A DNA stretch of 33,150 nt from assembly GCA_051530055.1 (NCBI GenBank), contig JBMGUZ010000029.1, forward strand, positions 1-33,150, read 5' to 3'. This document shows, piece by piece, positions 1 to 11,597 of this stretch. The position numbers and the translations under genes were made by a program. Origin of the DNA: Neoechinorhynchus agilis (Eukaryota > Animalia > Acanthocephala). Numbering within the stretch: position 1 is the first letter of the stretch; the number at the start of each line of letters is the position of its first letter. The notes under the pieces are model-generated. The model was not told the DNA's origin, ran no database searches, and saw only the letters and a program-made list of their open reading frames with translations.

Positions 1-551
1 TTTAAAATATTTCGCGATCAATAAAAAAATTAGTATCGATAACACTGAACGTGTACAATCAAATTTAACGCTCCTCAATGATGAAAAAACAAAATTAAAT
101 TGAAGAGACAATTAAAACCTTTTAAAATATTTCGCAATCAATAAAAAAATTAGTATCGATAACACTGAACGTGTACAATCAAATTTAACGCTCCTCAATG
201 ATGGAAAAACAAAATTAAATTGTACGTTGGTGAATCCTGTCCCCAATGTTTAGAGATACTCATTTATTGCGATTTCACAAGGTTTTAATTGCCGTTAAAA
301 GTGTGAGTAGCGATTGAAGAGACAATTAAAACCTTTTAAAATATTTCGCGATCAATAAAAAAATTAGTATCGATAACACTGAACGTGTACAATCAAATTT
401 AACGCTCCTCAATGATGAAAAAACAAAATTAAATTGAAGAGACAATTAAAACCTTTTAAAATATTTCGCAATCAATAAAAAAAATTAGTATCGATAACAC
501 TGAACGTGTACAATCAAATTTAACGCTCCTCAATGATGAAAAAACAAAATT
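1..551. repeat. Tandem repeat, 120-bp unit, 4 copies in two pairs (probably continues beyond the window start)
   Basis: Unit TTTAAAATATTTCGC(G/A)ATCAATAAAAAAATTAGTATCGAT... starts at 1, 121, 335 and 455. A unique spacer of about 90 bp lies at about 223-313. Confidence 0.95.
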
Positions 552-566
552 TAATGTTCTTTGCAC

Positions 567-1081
567 TTACATTCGCGGCGTTAGATTGAACGCATCCAAA
601 CTTACGGAATTCTCGGTGTAACGATAAGTCTCAAAGTCAGGATAGGTTAGGAAAATAGACCGAAAAAGAGATTGAACAGGTTGGACGTTGAAGTGTTTTA
701 CCAAATCAAAAGATCCCAGAATGTTTATGTCTTCTTCACACGAAATCAGTATGCTTTGCACATCAGCGGAGGATTCAGGCAAGTTCCACCAATCCATGAC
801 CATCCCACCACCATTTTCAATTATATTTTCAACTAAACTTTGACTTGGTTTGACACTCATTGTGCATGCAAAAGTGAATTTCTCAAATATTGGACGGGGC
901 CGCATAAACGCCGAATCGATATCCAATCGATATGTAAATAGGAAAACTTCTCTGTTCAAGTAATGGTGTTTAGTGTCAGGATCGATGAATCTGCCTTCTG
1001 CTAGAGAATCCTCAAGCCATTTTAAATTGAGAATATATTTATGTTCCTTAAGTTCGGTCCATGTTGATGCCAGAATCAAGG
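567..1081 (-). CDS. PAXIP1: PAXIP1/PTIP-like protein, 3' exon (end of BRCT5 plus BRCT6)
   Basis: KYILNLKWLEDSLAEGRFID...PIFEKFTFACTMSVKPSQSLVENIIENGGGMV...ILISCEED...DFETYRY resembles the remembered PTIP C-terminal tandem BRCT ([21 protein letters not shown]...IVECAGGKV...ILISCEND...DYESYKF). TAA stop at 569-567. The exon start is uncertain: the ORF is open to 1211, a phase-1 acceptor at 1083/1082 is compatible with the 2187 donor, and an alternative acceptor lies near 1142. Confidence 0.8.
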
Positions 1082-1683
1082 CTAATTTTTTAAGACTTAG
1101 GGCGGAATGCAAAGTATAAAAACACTTTGAGAATATCCCACTACAAAAGGGAGACGTACGAAGTCTACTCATGCTTGACTCACATTTCTCACGGGAGAGT
1201 CGACGGATCACAAGCCGTTTTCATTATATCTTAAAGTGAGCTCAAGACTTCGTCAAGTAAGACGGAATTGTGAAAAGGTTAACTTACCCACCAAGAAGTC
1301 AAAGGGCCGAAGAATTGTTTCAATAAACTTTCATTTCAACCATGACCTTTTTGTGTAGGGTTTGACAAATATTCTTTTTGTGTACTACTCGAACGATTAC
1401 AATTATTGTACTCGCATAAAATCAAAATTGACGACGATTTAAAATATTTTGATACACACGAAAAAAAAGTATATTTTTGTTTTAAATTTCCTAGATTCGA
1501 TAAGCTATTATTTGTGCAATATAATTTTTTTTCAAGTATAAAAAGTCATAACTTTCAATTGAAGACCATCTAAGTATTTATGGATGAAAGAGTGATTATT
1601 ACAAATGTGTACGATCTTAAAGGAAAACACAGATATTATTTTGTCCTGAGCAGATCTTATACGGGAATAACGAAAAGAATATT

Positions 1684-1931
1684 GATGTTTTTTCCCCATA
1701 TACGGCCGAATGGACATCCAAAATCCACCGCGATTTCGCTCTTCACAGCGCTGGTCTGCGCTCAATGTCTCAAGACCGTAGAATCCCTCCGGATTCCCAC
1801 GAGAATGAGTTTCCTCTTCCTTTCATCGAGGTATTTCGGCCCCTCCGTACGATCTTGAGACATTGAGCGAGCGCTTTCCAGACCGAATTCGCGGTGGACT
1901 ATGTGTCCATTCGCCGTGTATGGAAAATATC
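1684..1931. repeat. Long imperfect inverted repeat (fold-back) inside the predicted PTIP intron
   Basis: Arms 1684-1780 and 1848-1931, 67-nt loop. Core 1759-1780 vs 1848-1869 is complementary at 21/22 nt. Outer blocks (GAATGGACA, TCCACCGCGA) are also complementary. Confidence 0.85.
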
Positions 1932-2187
1932 CATAAAAAAGACTACCGTCTGAGCCACATATAAAAATTCTAAGAATATTAAGATTACCAAAAAAGAGAT
2001 TTTATGAGAATTTACGGAAATCGTCGGGGAAAATGGATTAAATTTAACCAATGAAAACCGAATAATTGAAGCACAATACGGACAAATTCTATACGTTTAA
2101 AATTAAATTTAAAAGTGTCTATAAGATGAAGCCAATGATTTCCGAGCAATCCGTCCAAGGCATTAGAATAAGCTCCGAAATCCTTAC

Positions 2188-3901
2188 ATATCAAATGTGT
2201 GATTCCTGGTACATCCAAACTAGTTACATCGAATCTTCTAGATCCGATTGGACGCTCAGTATAGGCTAGACACATTGCAACCGAAAATAGCCGCTTCTCT
2301 TCTTCGAAATCGAAACCGTCGAAAGCAAGGACATGAGAAGCATGGCAAATTAATTTCCTCTGGACCAAAGATTTCATTGGATTCATCAAGGGTTTTGAAT
2401 GGTTCATGTTTAAATCGAATAAGTCGTATCCGTCTAAAAAAGTTGGTTTGCATATCCAAGAAGCAAGCATAAATTCGTTATGTTTTTGATAAATATTCAA
2501 AACCGACGAATGTTCCTTTGTACAATCGATAGAATCTGCTTTGATACCAAGAAATAAACAAATAAGCCATCCAACGCTCACCGTTCTCACATTTGAATAT
2601 TTAATCTCATCGGATTCATCTTTATATCCGTGACCAGCTGAAACAATCACTGATACGTGTCGAAGAAACCGATCGATCACTTTTCCACCGAGCAATTTTA
2701 CGAGAGTTTCGATAGCAGTCACCTCGTATTCGTCCATGCCACATCCACGAATCAATACAATGCAATTTCTAAGCGGAAGTCGGCTTGAACGTAAACATGA
2801 ATGAAAACAGGGTAAGTGATGAAGGAGCCAAGGTGTTCTTAAACAATTAAGTTTCAGACAGTCTTCCACAAACGAACTAGTGACCAATTTACAATCACTC
2901 GTATCCGTCATAAACATCTTAAAGCTTTCAGACGATTGGTTCTCACATACAATAATATTGGATGGCTCGTTTTTAAGGTTCTGGCATCCAATCGAGGCTG
3001 ACGCTCCATTACTCCTAACCTCTTCCATCAGTTTTAAAACAAACTTTCGTCCTCGACATATCTCAACTTCTTCGTCAAAAATAAAGCGAAAGTTGGACAA
3101 AAACAAGTAACCACTAATAGGCTCGAATTCTCGTCCTGAACATCTAGTAGACGAATCACTAACCGTTCCAGTGACTGTAACGATTCTATACATTGGCCGA
3201 TAAATCGTCCATTCCATTAAACATCGTTGATTTATACACTCAATCACAAATTGAGGTGTAACAATGCGTACTTTTGAACTGATTTCATGGTGAGGTTCAA
3301 GCAATCCTGAACTAATCAAATAATTGCATTGGTATAGATCTTGTGAACATCGCCCTCCATAATACACAATCATACATTTAAGCTTTAGTTGATCGTCTAA
3401 ATCAATCGGCCCTAAATATTGATGCCTTGAAGTCACAAATCCAAACGTCAAGCCGCCGAATATCCTCTTAAATTGATCGGCACCATGGCTAATGCTAAAA
3501 GGTGCCACTGGCAGAATAGTATTGCATCTTAACGACCATCGAACCCAATCGGAAGTTACGACGGGTGGAATTTTGAACAGATTACTGGCTACCAAAAGCC
3601 GCTCTTTATCAGGACAATCACATATCACATGAGTTACCTGTTCGTTCAAGAAAGGACCGTTAAATGTTGCTCCATGAAGTAACAGACATGATTGGACCGA
3701 TTTGTCGATCGGTGCAAGGACACAAAACCGAACGTTTTGAAACAAATCCTGACTGTTTTGAATCTCGTCTTGCGGTTTTAACGGAGGATCTTCGTAATCA
3801 TGAATTTCCATTGAGATTAGCGAATCAGGTTTTGTCTTATAAGGCTGCTGCGTTAAATACTCAAGCGAAACGAACGAAGATATCGGACAAAGTACATCCA
3901 T
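2188..3901 (-). CDS. PAXIP1: PAXIP1/PTIP-like protein, large 5' exon (BRCT1-4 and start of BRCT5)
   Basis: DLFQNVRFCVLAPID...VVTSDWVRWSLRCNTILPV (BRCT1); MIVYYGGRC...IVTPQFVIEC (BRCT2); FLSNFRF...LVTSSFVEDCL (BRCT3); LVKLLGGKV...VSVGWL (BRCT4); ...ITHLI. Domain order and motifs match PTIP. ATG at 3901 (alternative 3811). Donor AT|GTAAGG at 2187. The two-exon model gives about 742 aa; the junction is inferred. Confidence 0.8.
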
Positions 3902-4254
3902 TCTAAAAATTGAACGTAAAAAAACTGTCAATTCTACATTTTACTACTATTACAAACTGAAGAATTTCCGTAAAGTCACGTTGAAGTCACAAAAACGTGT
4001 TGTCTTTTAACAGATCATGCTTTCGAAAATCTAGTTGGATACTTTTTAAAGAAATCATCATTCAGGCAAATTCGAATGAGAAAATGTAAACAATTAAGGT
4101 TGTAATTTAGTAATTTTTTAAATTGGTAAGTAATAAAAACTATTTTTTAAGGATCATGCCAAGAACACAGATTACGATTGAGAACAGTCGTGGCTCAATG
4201 TTGAAAAACAAGCAAACAATCGTGGTTTCATGCTGGAAAATTGCGATTAGGAAA

Positions 4255-6057
4255 CCGAACTTATGAATTAAAAAAATTGGTGAGAAATCTGATAATGTAA
4301 AAAAATGGAAATAAAAAGATTCTAATTCCAGGCTAATTGTAAAATAGACTAATCAGTAGATTTTAAATCGGAGACGATTATAGAATAATAGAACGCCAAA
4401 TGATAATTTTGTTTAAAGATCAAAAATTGAGGTGATTTGGAGAAATATTTGAGACCTTTTCGACATAATGAAGAAACCGACCGAACTTATGAATTAAAAA
4501 AATGAGTGAGAAATCTGATAATGTAAAAAAATGGAAATAAAAAGATTCTAATTCCAGGCTAATTGTAAAATAGACTAATCAGTAGATTTTAAATCGGAGA
4601 CGATTATAGAATAATAGAACGGCAAATGACAATTTTGTTTAAAGATCAAAAATTGAGGTGATTTGGAGAAATATTTGAGACCTTTTCGACATAATGAAGA
4701 AACCGACCGAACTTATGAATTAAAAAAATGAGTGAGAAATCTGATAATGTAAAAAAATGGAAATAAAAAGATTCTAATTCCAGGCTAATTGTAAAATAGA
4801 CTAATCAGTAGATTTTAAATCGGAGACGATTATAGAATAATAGAACGGCAAATGACAATTTTGTTTAAAGATCAAAAATTGAGGTGATTTGGAGAAATAT
4901 TTGAGACCTTTTCGACATAATGAAGAAACCGACCGAACTTATGAATTAAAAAAATGAGTGAGAAATCTGATAATGTAAAAAATGGAAATAAAAAGATTCT
5001 AATTCCAGGCTAATTGTAAAATAGACTAATCAGTAGATTTTAAATCGGAGACGATTATAGAATAATAGAACGGCAAATGACAATTTTGTTTAAAGATCAA
5101 AAATTGAGGTGATTTGGAGAAATATTTGAGACCTTTTCGACATAATGAAGAAACCGACCGAACTTATGAATTAAAAAAATGAGTGAGAAATCTGATAATG
5201 TAAAAAAATGGAAATAAAAAGATTCTAATTCCAGGCTAATTGTAAAATAGACTAATCAGTAGATTTTAAATCGGAGACGATTATAGAATAATAGAACGCC
5301 AAATGACAATTTTGTTTAAAGATCAAAAATTGAGGTAATTTGGAGAAATATTTGAGACCTTTTCGACATAATGAAGAAACCGACCGAACTTATGAATTAA
5401 AAAAATGAGTGAGAAATCTGATAATGTAAAAAAATGGAAATAAAAAGATTCTAATTCCAGGCTAATTGTAAAATAGACTAATCAGTAGATTTTAAATCGG
5501 AGACGATTATAGAATAATAGAACGCCAAATGACAATTTTGTTTAAAGATCAAAAATTGAGGTAATTTGGAGAAATATTTGAGACCTTTTCGACATAATGA
5601 AGAAACCGACCGAACTTATGAATTAAAAAAATGAGTGAGAAATCTGATAATGTAAAAAAATGGAAATAAAAAGATTCTAATTCCAGGCTAATTGTAAAAT
5701 AGACTAATCAGTAGATTTTAAATCGGAGACGATTATAGAATAATAGAACGCCAAATGACAATTTTGTTTAAAGATCAAAAATTGAGGTAATTTGGAGAAA
5801 TATTTGAGACCTTTTCGACATAATGAAGAAACCGACCGAACTTATGAATTAAAAAAATGAGTGAGAAATCTGATAATGTAAAAAAATGGAAATAAAAAGA
5901 TTCTAATTCCAGGCTAATTGTAAAATAGACTAATCAGTAGATTTTAAATCGGAGACGATTATAGAATAATAGAACGGCAAATGACAATTTTGTTTAAAGA
6001 TCAAAAATTGAGGTGATTTGGAGAAATATTTGAGACCTTTTCGACATAATGAAGAAA
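4255..6057. repeat. Tandem repeat, 226-bp unit, about 8 near-identical copies
   Basis: CCGAACTTATGAATT starts at 4255, 4481, 4707, 4933, 5158, 5384, 5610 and 5836. Confidence 0.97.
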
Positions 6058-6992
6058 ATAATAAAAATAAAAGTGGTGGAATACTTGATTCGGTACTAAT
6101 GGACTTCGAAGCACTCTCCGGAATGCAATAAAAACACAACCTAAGCAATTTATTATCCAGAAGGGGTGATAACCGTTCCGTTTTCCTCTGAAACAATTTA
6201 GATAAAAAACATAAAAACATTGTGCTGCGATTATTTTCAGAATGTAATAATGAAATTAAAAAGTGAACAAAACAACGATTTATCATTATCCAGAGCAGTT
6301 AATTTCTCTTTAAATATTTGTCCTTAAATACGGATTGAAACAACATATCGTAAATTTCAGGAGTTTTTGTTGTAATTGCCAATGAAATCGTACGAAACAT
6401 TGCCATGATCGCCCAAATAAATGCTAGCGGCTTTAATCGAATAACTAATAATGCATTTTCCAACGAAGACTTTCTCTTCCTAATTAAATTATTTCAATAC
6501 TTTACGTGAAGTTTGTCGATTTTTCCCGGTTGGGTACTCGTGGATCTTCTGAATATCAGAGAACATCTATAAATTGGATAAAATTGATACTTAGGATTTC
6601 AAAAGATTTTGTGTCAAATCAATATTTCATGAACGGAGAAACGAGATCGTAAATTCAACGCAAATTGAGCTTTGTTGGTATTCGTATTAATAAATTAAGT
6701 TTTCGAGAGTTACGTTTCAATATTCGTTGAGCTGAAAATATCATTTATATTAGAAAAATTAAAAGCGGATAAATTCATGATCTTTTTGAATGTTTTGAAA
6801 AATAAAAACTCCCAATTTCAATTCATTTTTAAAATTACCAATCAAAAAAACCACGCATTCACTTTTGCGTTTGAACATTGAACTGTTCATGCTTTCCTTA
6901 TATGGCATAAATTTAGAACTAATTTATTCAATCCGAATTTTAGGAGGCGAAATCGTAGGCATTTATCAAAGTTGTTGCGAATTAAACACTTG

Positions 6993-8080
6993 CAAGCAAC
7001 CTTGGGAAAATCGTACACGAGATTGCTCCTCCTCCGAAAACAATGGAAATCAATCGAAATTCCCTCAATTTTTCCGCCATAAAAAAGAATTGTTCAATGT
7101 TCAAACGAGTGATCAAAGTTTCAATACTAAAGAAAACCAGCAAGGAACCTTGGGAAAATCGTACACGAGATTGCTCCTCCTCCGAAAACCATCGAAATCA
7201 ATCGAAATTCCCTCAATTTTTCCGCCATAAAAAAGAATTGTTCAATGTTCAAACGAGTGATCAAAGTTTCAATACTAAAGAAAACCAGCAAGGAACCTTG
7301 GGAAAATCGTACACGAGATTGCTCCTCCTCCGAAAACCATCGAAATCAATCGAAATTCCCTCAATTTTTCCGCCATAAAAAAGAATTGTTCAATGTTCAA
7401 ACGAGTGATCAAAGTTTCACTAAAGAAAACCAGCAAGGAACCTTGGGAAAATCGTACACGAGATTGCTCCTCCTCCGAAAACAATGGAAATCAATCGAAA
7501 TTCCCTCAATTTTCCGCCATAAAAAAGAATTGTTCAATGTTCAAACGAGTGATCAAAGTTTCAATACTAAAGAAAACCAGCAAGGAACCTTGGGAAAATC
7601 GTACACGAGATTGCTCCTCCTCCGAAAACAATGGAAATCAATCGAAATTCCCTCAATTTTTCCGCCATAAAAAAGAATTGTTCAATGTTCAAACGAGTGA
7701 TCAAAGTTTCAATACTAAAGAAAACCAGCAAGGAACCTTGGGAAAATCGTACACGAGATTGCTCCTCCTCCGAAAACAATGGAAATCAATCGAAATTCCC
7801 TCAATTTTCCGCCATAAAAAAGAATTGTTCAATGTTCAAACGAGTGATCAAAGTTTCAATAGTAAAGAAAACCAGCAAGGAACCTCGGGAAAATCGTACA
7901 CGAGATTGCTCCTCCTCCGAAAACAATGGAAATCAAATGAAATTCCCTCAATTTTTCCGCCATAAAAAAGAATTGTTCAATGTTCAAAAGTGTGATCAAA
8001 GTTTCACGAGCTTACATAGCAAAGAAAACTAACAAGCAACGTCGATAGAAGCGTACAAGATTGCTCCTCATTCTCCAAAA
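6993..8080. repeat. Tandem repeat, 145-148-bp unit, about 7.3 copies
   Basis: CAAG(G/C)AACCT(T/C)GGGAAAATCG starts at 6993, 7141, 7289, 7434, 7581, 7729 and 7876, with a degenerate copy at 8033. The ORFs here are repeat read-throughs. Confidence 0.97.
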
Positions 8081-8846
8081 TCAATTTTTATTCACTAAAT
8101 CTATAATGAATTATTTGTTTTTCATTATAAAGTCGGCACATTTGTAGAAGATACATTAAATACGTTTTTTTGGTTTTGAATAATAAAGGCTTTTGATTGA
8201 GTCGAAACAAAGATTCAATAAATTCACCTAAATATTATTTTGGCGATAATGCCGGTAATAGCACATTTGATTGATTGGAAATATTTCGCAGCTCCCTTCA
8301 TCCCGAAGGATTTTCTCTGTCGATGACAAAACTGTTTCAAAAACCCCGAGGTTTTCCCCAATGGGTTTTTTCTTTTAAAATAACGCAGCAACAAATGAAC
8401 GAAAATCATTTCGGTTATGGTAATCTCGTCAGGATTTCTTTAATGGTCGATCGCAAACAGTGGATCCACAGACAACTTGGAGAACAAGTAGTGTGTTTCA
8501 CACGGTTGGCGTAATCACACCCGCATAGGAGACGGAAACACTGACGACAGCCATAGAAGCTTCCCGGATTGTCACATCTTTAGTGATTTCTCTTTTTTAG
8601 ATATTTTTCATCATCCAAATATCGATGTTTACGACGCTCTCTAATGTTGTGAGTTAGTTCAATCACATAGACACATCGTAAAATTTAACTAGAGTCTCTT
8701 AACAAAAGTGTCACACTTTCACACCAATGAAAAAGTCAAGTTCGGTGTGGTACACTCCGTCGAATCTTATGACTTTTCATTTGTGTATTAACGAGCGGAA
8801 CTGAGGTTTTTAGCCACATTTTCTAACAAAAGTCAATTCGTTTAGC

Positions 8847-9929
8847 ATGGAAAACAAGGACCAAGCTGCGATTCTACAAAAAGAATTGAGCGATATTCGA
8901 AATAGATTGTCCGCACTAAAGACTCGAGCCAACAATACTACATTCCATGATGAAACTCGCTCTATTGAACCTAAAAAGTTGTCGATTTCATCTAGGAGAA
9001 TTTTAAAGGGACATTTGGCAAAGGTTGTTGGACTTCAATGGTTCTCAAGTGCCATTAGTCCGATGGATTCGTTAGTCAGCGCTGCTCCAGATGGACGTTT
9101 ATTGGTTTGGGATCCAATGACGGGGATGAAGACGGCTACAATTAACCTCTCATGTCTTTGGACTACAAGTTGTGCGGCTTCATCTGACGCCCGATTTCTA
9201 GCAAGTGGATCGCTTAACAATGTGTGTTCTATCCATTCATTAAAAGACAAAACTCCAGATATTAAGAGTCTTAAAGGACACGAAGGATATGTTTCCCAAT
9301 GTAGATTTATTGAAGGATCTGTGAAGATTTTGACTAGTTCAGGAGATCATAGTACAATCGAATGGGATATTGAAAATGAAAAACAGCTCAGTTGCTATAA
9401 GGGGCATATTGCGGAAGTTCTTAATATTGATGTTAGTTCGGATGAACGCTCTTTTCTCACTTGTTCACTTGATAAGTCTTGTAAAATCTGGGATAGGCGT
9501 ACTGGGAAATGCGAAAAGACTTGTGAGGTTTGAGTAATCTAAGGTCCTATAATGGATAATTTTTTCTGTATTTAGGGACATGAGAAGGACGTTAATGCAT
9601 GTAGATATTTTCCAAATGAATTATTGTTCGGATCTGCTTCCGATGATAAAACATGCCGGCTATACGATCTCCGTAGCGATCAATACATTGCTACTTATAG
9701 TCGCTCATTAATTTCAAGTGCTGCCACTTCAGTCTGCTTTTCAACGAGTGGAAGACTGATTTTTGCGGGATATGATGACTTCAAATGTAGAATATGGGAC
9801 ACTCTGAAGAACTCGCATGTGATTGGAAGTTTGTCGCATTCCGGACGTGTCAGTTGCGTCGAGAAAAATGCGAATGGAAATGCAATCAGCACTGCTTCTT
9901 GGGATGGAACTATTAAGATCTGGAATTAA
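8847..9929 (+). CDS. GNB: Heterotrimeric G-protein beta subunit (WD40), divergent; 2 exons, 344 aa
   Basis: Exons 8847-9527 and 9576-9929 with a 48-nt GT-AG intron, phase 0. RRILKGHLAK, GHEGYVS, GHEKDVNACRYFPN, SASDDKTCRLYDLR, AGYDDFKCRIWD and STASWDGTIKIWN match G-beta motifs. Subtype not assignable. Confidence 0.93.
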
Positions 9930-10078
9930 AGAAATCAGATTCTTGGGGATTATAGTCTTGATGAGTAAATCACACGAACGAGCTTTTTATAGGGGTTTTT
10001 TTTGAAATACTACTAAAATCAACACATTTTATCCACACACACAAAAAAAACAATTTTTATTTCTTATACTTTGTAAAG

Positions 10079-10672
10079 TCGATCACAATAAATAATGCGA
10101 TTTTATGGTTTTATTATTTACAAAAAATCGTCGATGTTAATGTTTTCATGCTGAAATGAAAACATTAAATCAAACTGATCCGTACGTTTTATTCGCCACA
10201 AAAAAACCAATATAATTCCCTTTTTTCTCGAAATTATGCAAAGATTTTTATCCTTGCGAATTGTAGACACAACTGATTAAATATTTCTGAGCAGTTAGAT
10301 CGGTTGCATTCATTGGCAAATCGATCACAATAAATAATGCGATTTTATGGTTTTATTATTTACAAAAAATCGTCGATGTTAATGTTTTCATGCTGAAATG
10401 AAAACATTAAATCAAACTGATCCGTACGTTTTATTCGCCACAAAAAACCAATATAATTCCCTTTTTTCTCGAAATTATGCAAAGATTTTTATCCTTGCGA
10501 ATTGTAGACACAACTGATTAAATATTTCTGAGCAGTTAGATCGGTTGCATTCATTGGCAAATCGATCACAATAAATAATGCGATTTTATGGTTTTATTAT
10601 TTACAAAAAATCGTCGATGTTAATGTTTTCATGCTGAAATGAAAACATTAAATCAAACTGTTCCGTACGTTT
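10079..10672. repeat. Tandem repeat, 241-242-bp unit, about 2.5 copies
   Basis: TCGATCACAATAAATAATGCG at 10079, 10321 and 10562. Confidence 0.95.
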
Positions 10673-11597
10673 CATCCGCTCTCGAAATTTTATTTTTAAA
10701 AAGAAATAGAATAAATAAAGTACAAAACGTGAAATCACCACCGTCCGCAAAATCTTAGCTTCTCTCCCTCCTCGGCTGTCGCTATCACGTTAGCAGCATT
10801 GCCTCGTTGAACTGCAAGCGACAAAGATTTTTATTCTTTGAACATTATATATTTAAAAAAATTAAATCGCAGCTCGCCGCCGGTTGTGGTCGTGTTCAGG
10901 CTTTTCGAAGAAGATCGAAGCTCAATGAAGTGTTGAGCAAAAAAAACGAACACGAATAGAACTAATGTTTAACGAAGCAATTAGAGATTAGCAATCTTGA
11001 TGCGGAATTGATTAGTATTCGGATGGGCAAGTTATTTCAGTGTACATTTGCAATCTCATGAGATGGAGAAAAACGAATTTCGGCGATTGAAAAACTACAA
11101 AAGATGCAGGCTAGGAGCCATCGGAAGCAGAGGAAGTAAGCCTAAGACATTCGAGAGACATTAGGCGCGGATGCACTAATCCGGATGAACTTTATATTAA
11201 AGCGTTTTCTAATCGAAAAATGCTTAAAGGCGGTTTCGACTCTTTTTAATAAAAGGAACCTCATGATTCGGTAAACCTGTGCGTGAGGAATTTAGCATGG
11301 GAAGAATAAAAATGGTTTAAGACTTGAACATGGTATTTAATCAGTGAGTTTAAAACTTGTGAAACAATAATTGATTTTCAACAAGACGTTTTATTTATTT
11401 TGTTTAAGAAGAGGATCCATGTACCTCTGGGTCCTCGTGATCACTTTAGAGTTGATGACGGATCCGGAGAGGTGGAAGACGGATCCGGAGAGTTACGTTC
11501 GACGACGACGACGATAGACCTCATGATTGATCAAGTTTTTGTTTTCGAAAGTTGACACTTGGAATAATAGTGTTTTAATGACAAAAAGAAAATCTTT

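Noticed and set aside
566-572. GTAAGT donor overlapping the PTIP stop
   Set aside because: Homology to PTIP ends about 17 aa earlier, so the TAA is a natural stop. An extra exon cannot be excluded but is unsupported.
1703-1918. GGCGAAUGGAC resembling the HDV ribozyme 3' end; also SRP RNA and SECIS readings of the loop
   Set aside because: No matching P1/P3/L3 upstream on either strand, SRP helix-8 motifs are absent, and the 3' GA of the SECIS quartet is missing.
4140-6600. Possible minus-strand membrane-protein gene spanning the 226-bp array (hydrophobic frames at 6480-6060 and 4232-4140)
   Set aside because: There is an in-frame stop, no consistent splice model and no recognisable family. 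T-rich sequence gives hydrophobic frames by chance. RNA-seq would be needed.
6865-8032. ORFs of 69-190 aa in the 148-bp array
   Set aside because: They translate the repeat unit in shifting frames, with no domain motif.
8224-8640. Cys-rich frame CDNPGSFYGCRQC on the minus strand, loosely ARL14EP-like
   Set aside because: No start codon or coherent exon chain, and the similarity is too short to support a call.
10860-11280. Coiled-coil-like frame with several stops
   Set aside because: No diagnostic motif; it could be a decayed ORF but cannot be assigned.
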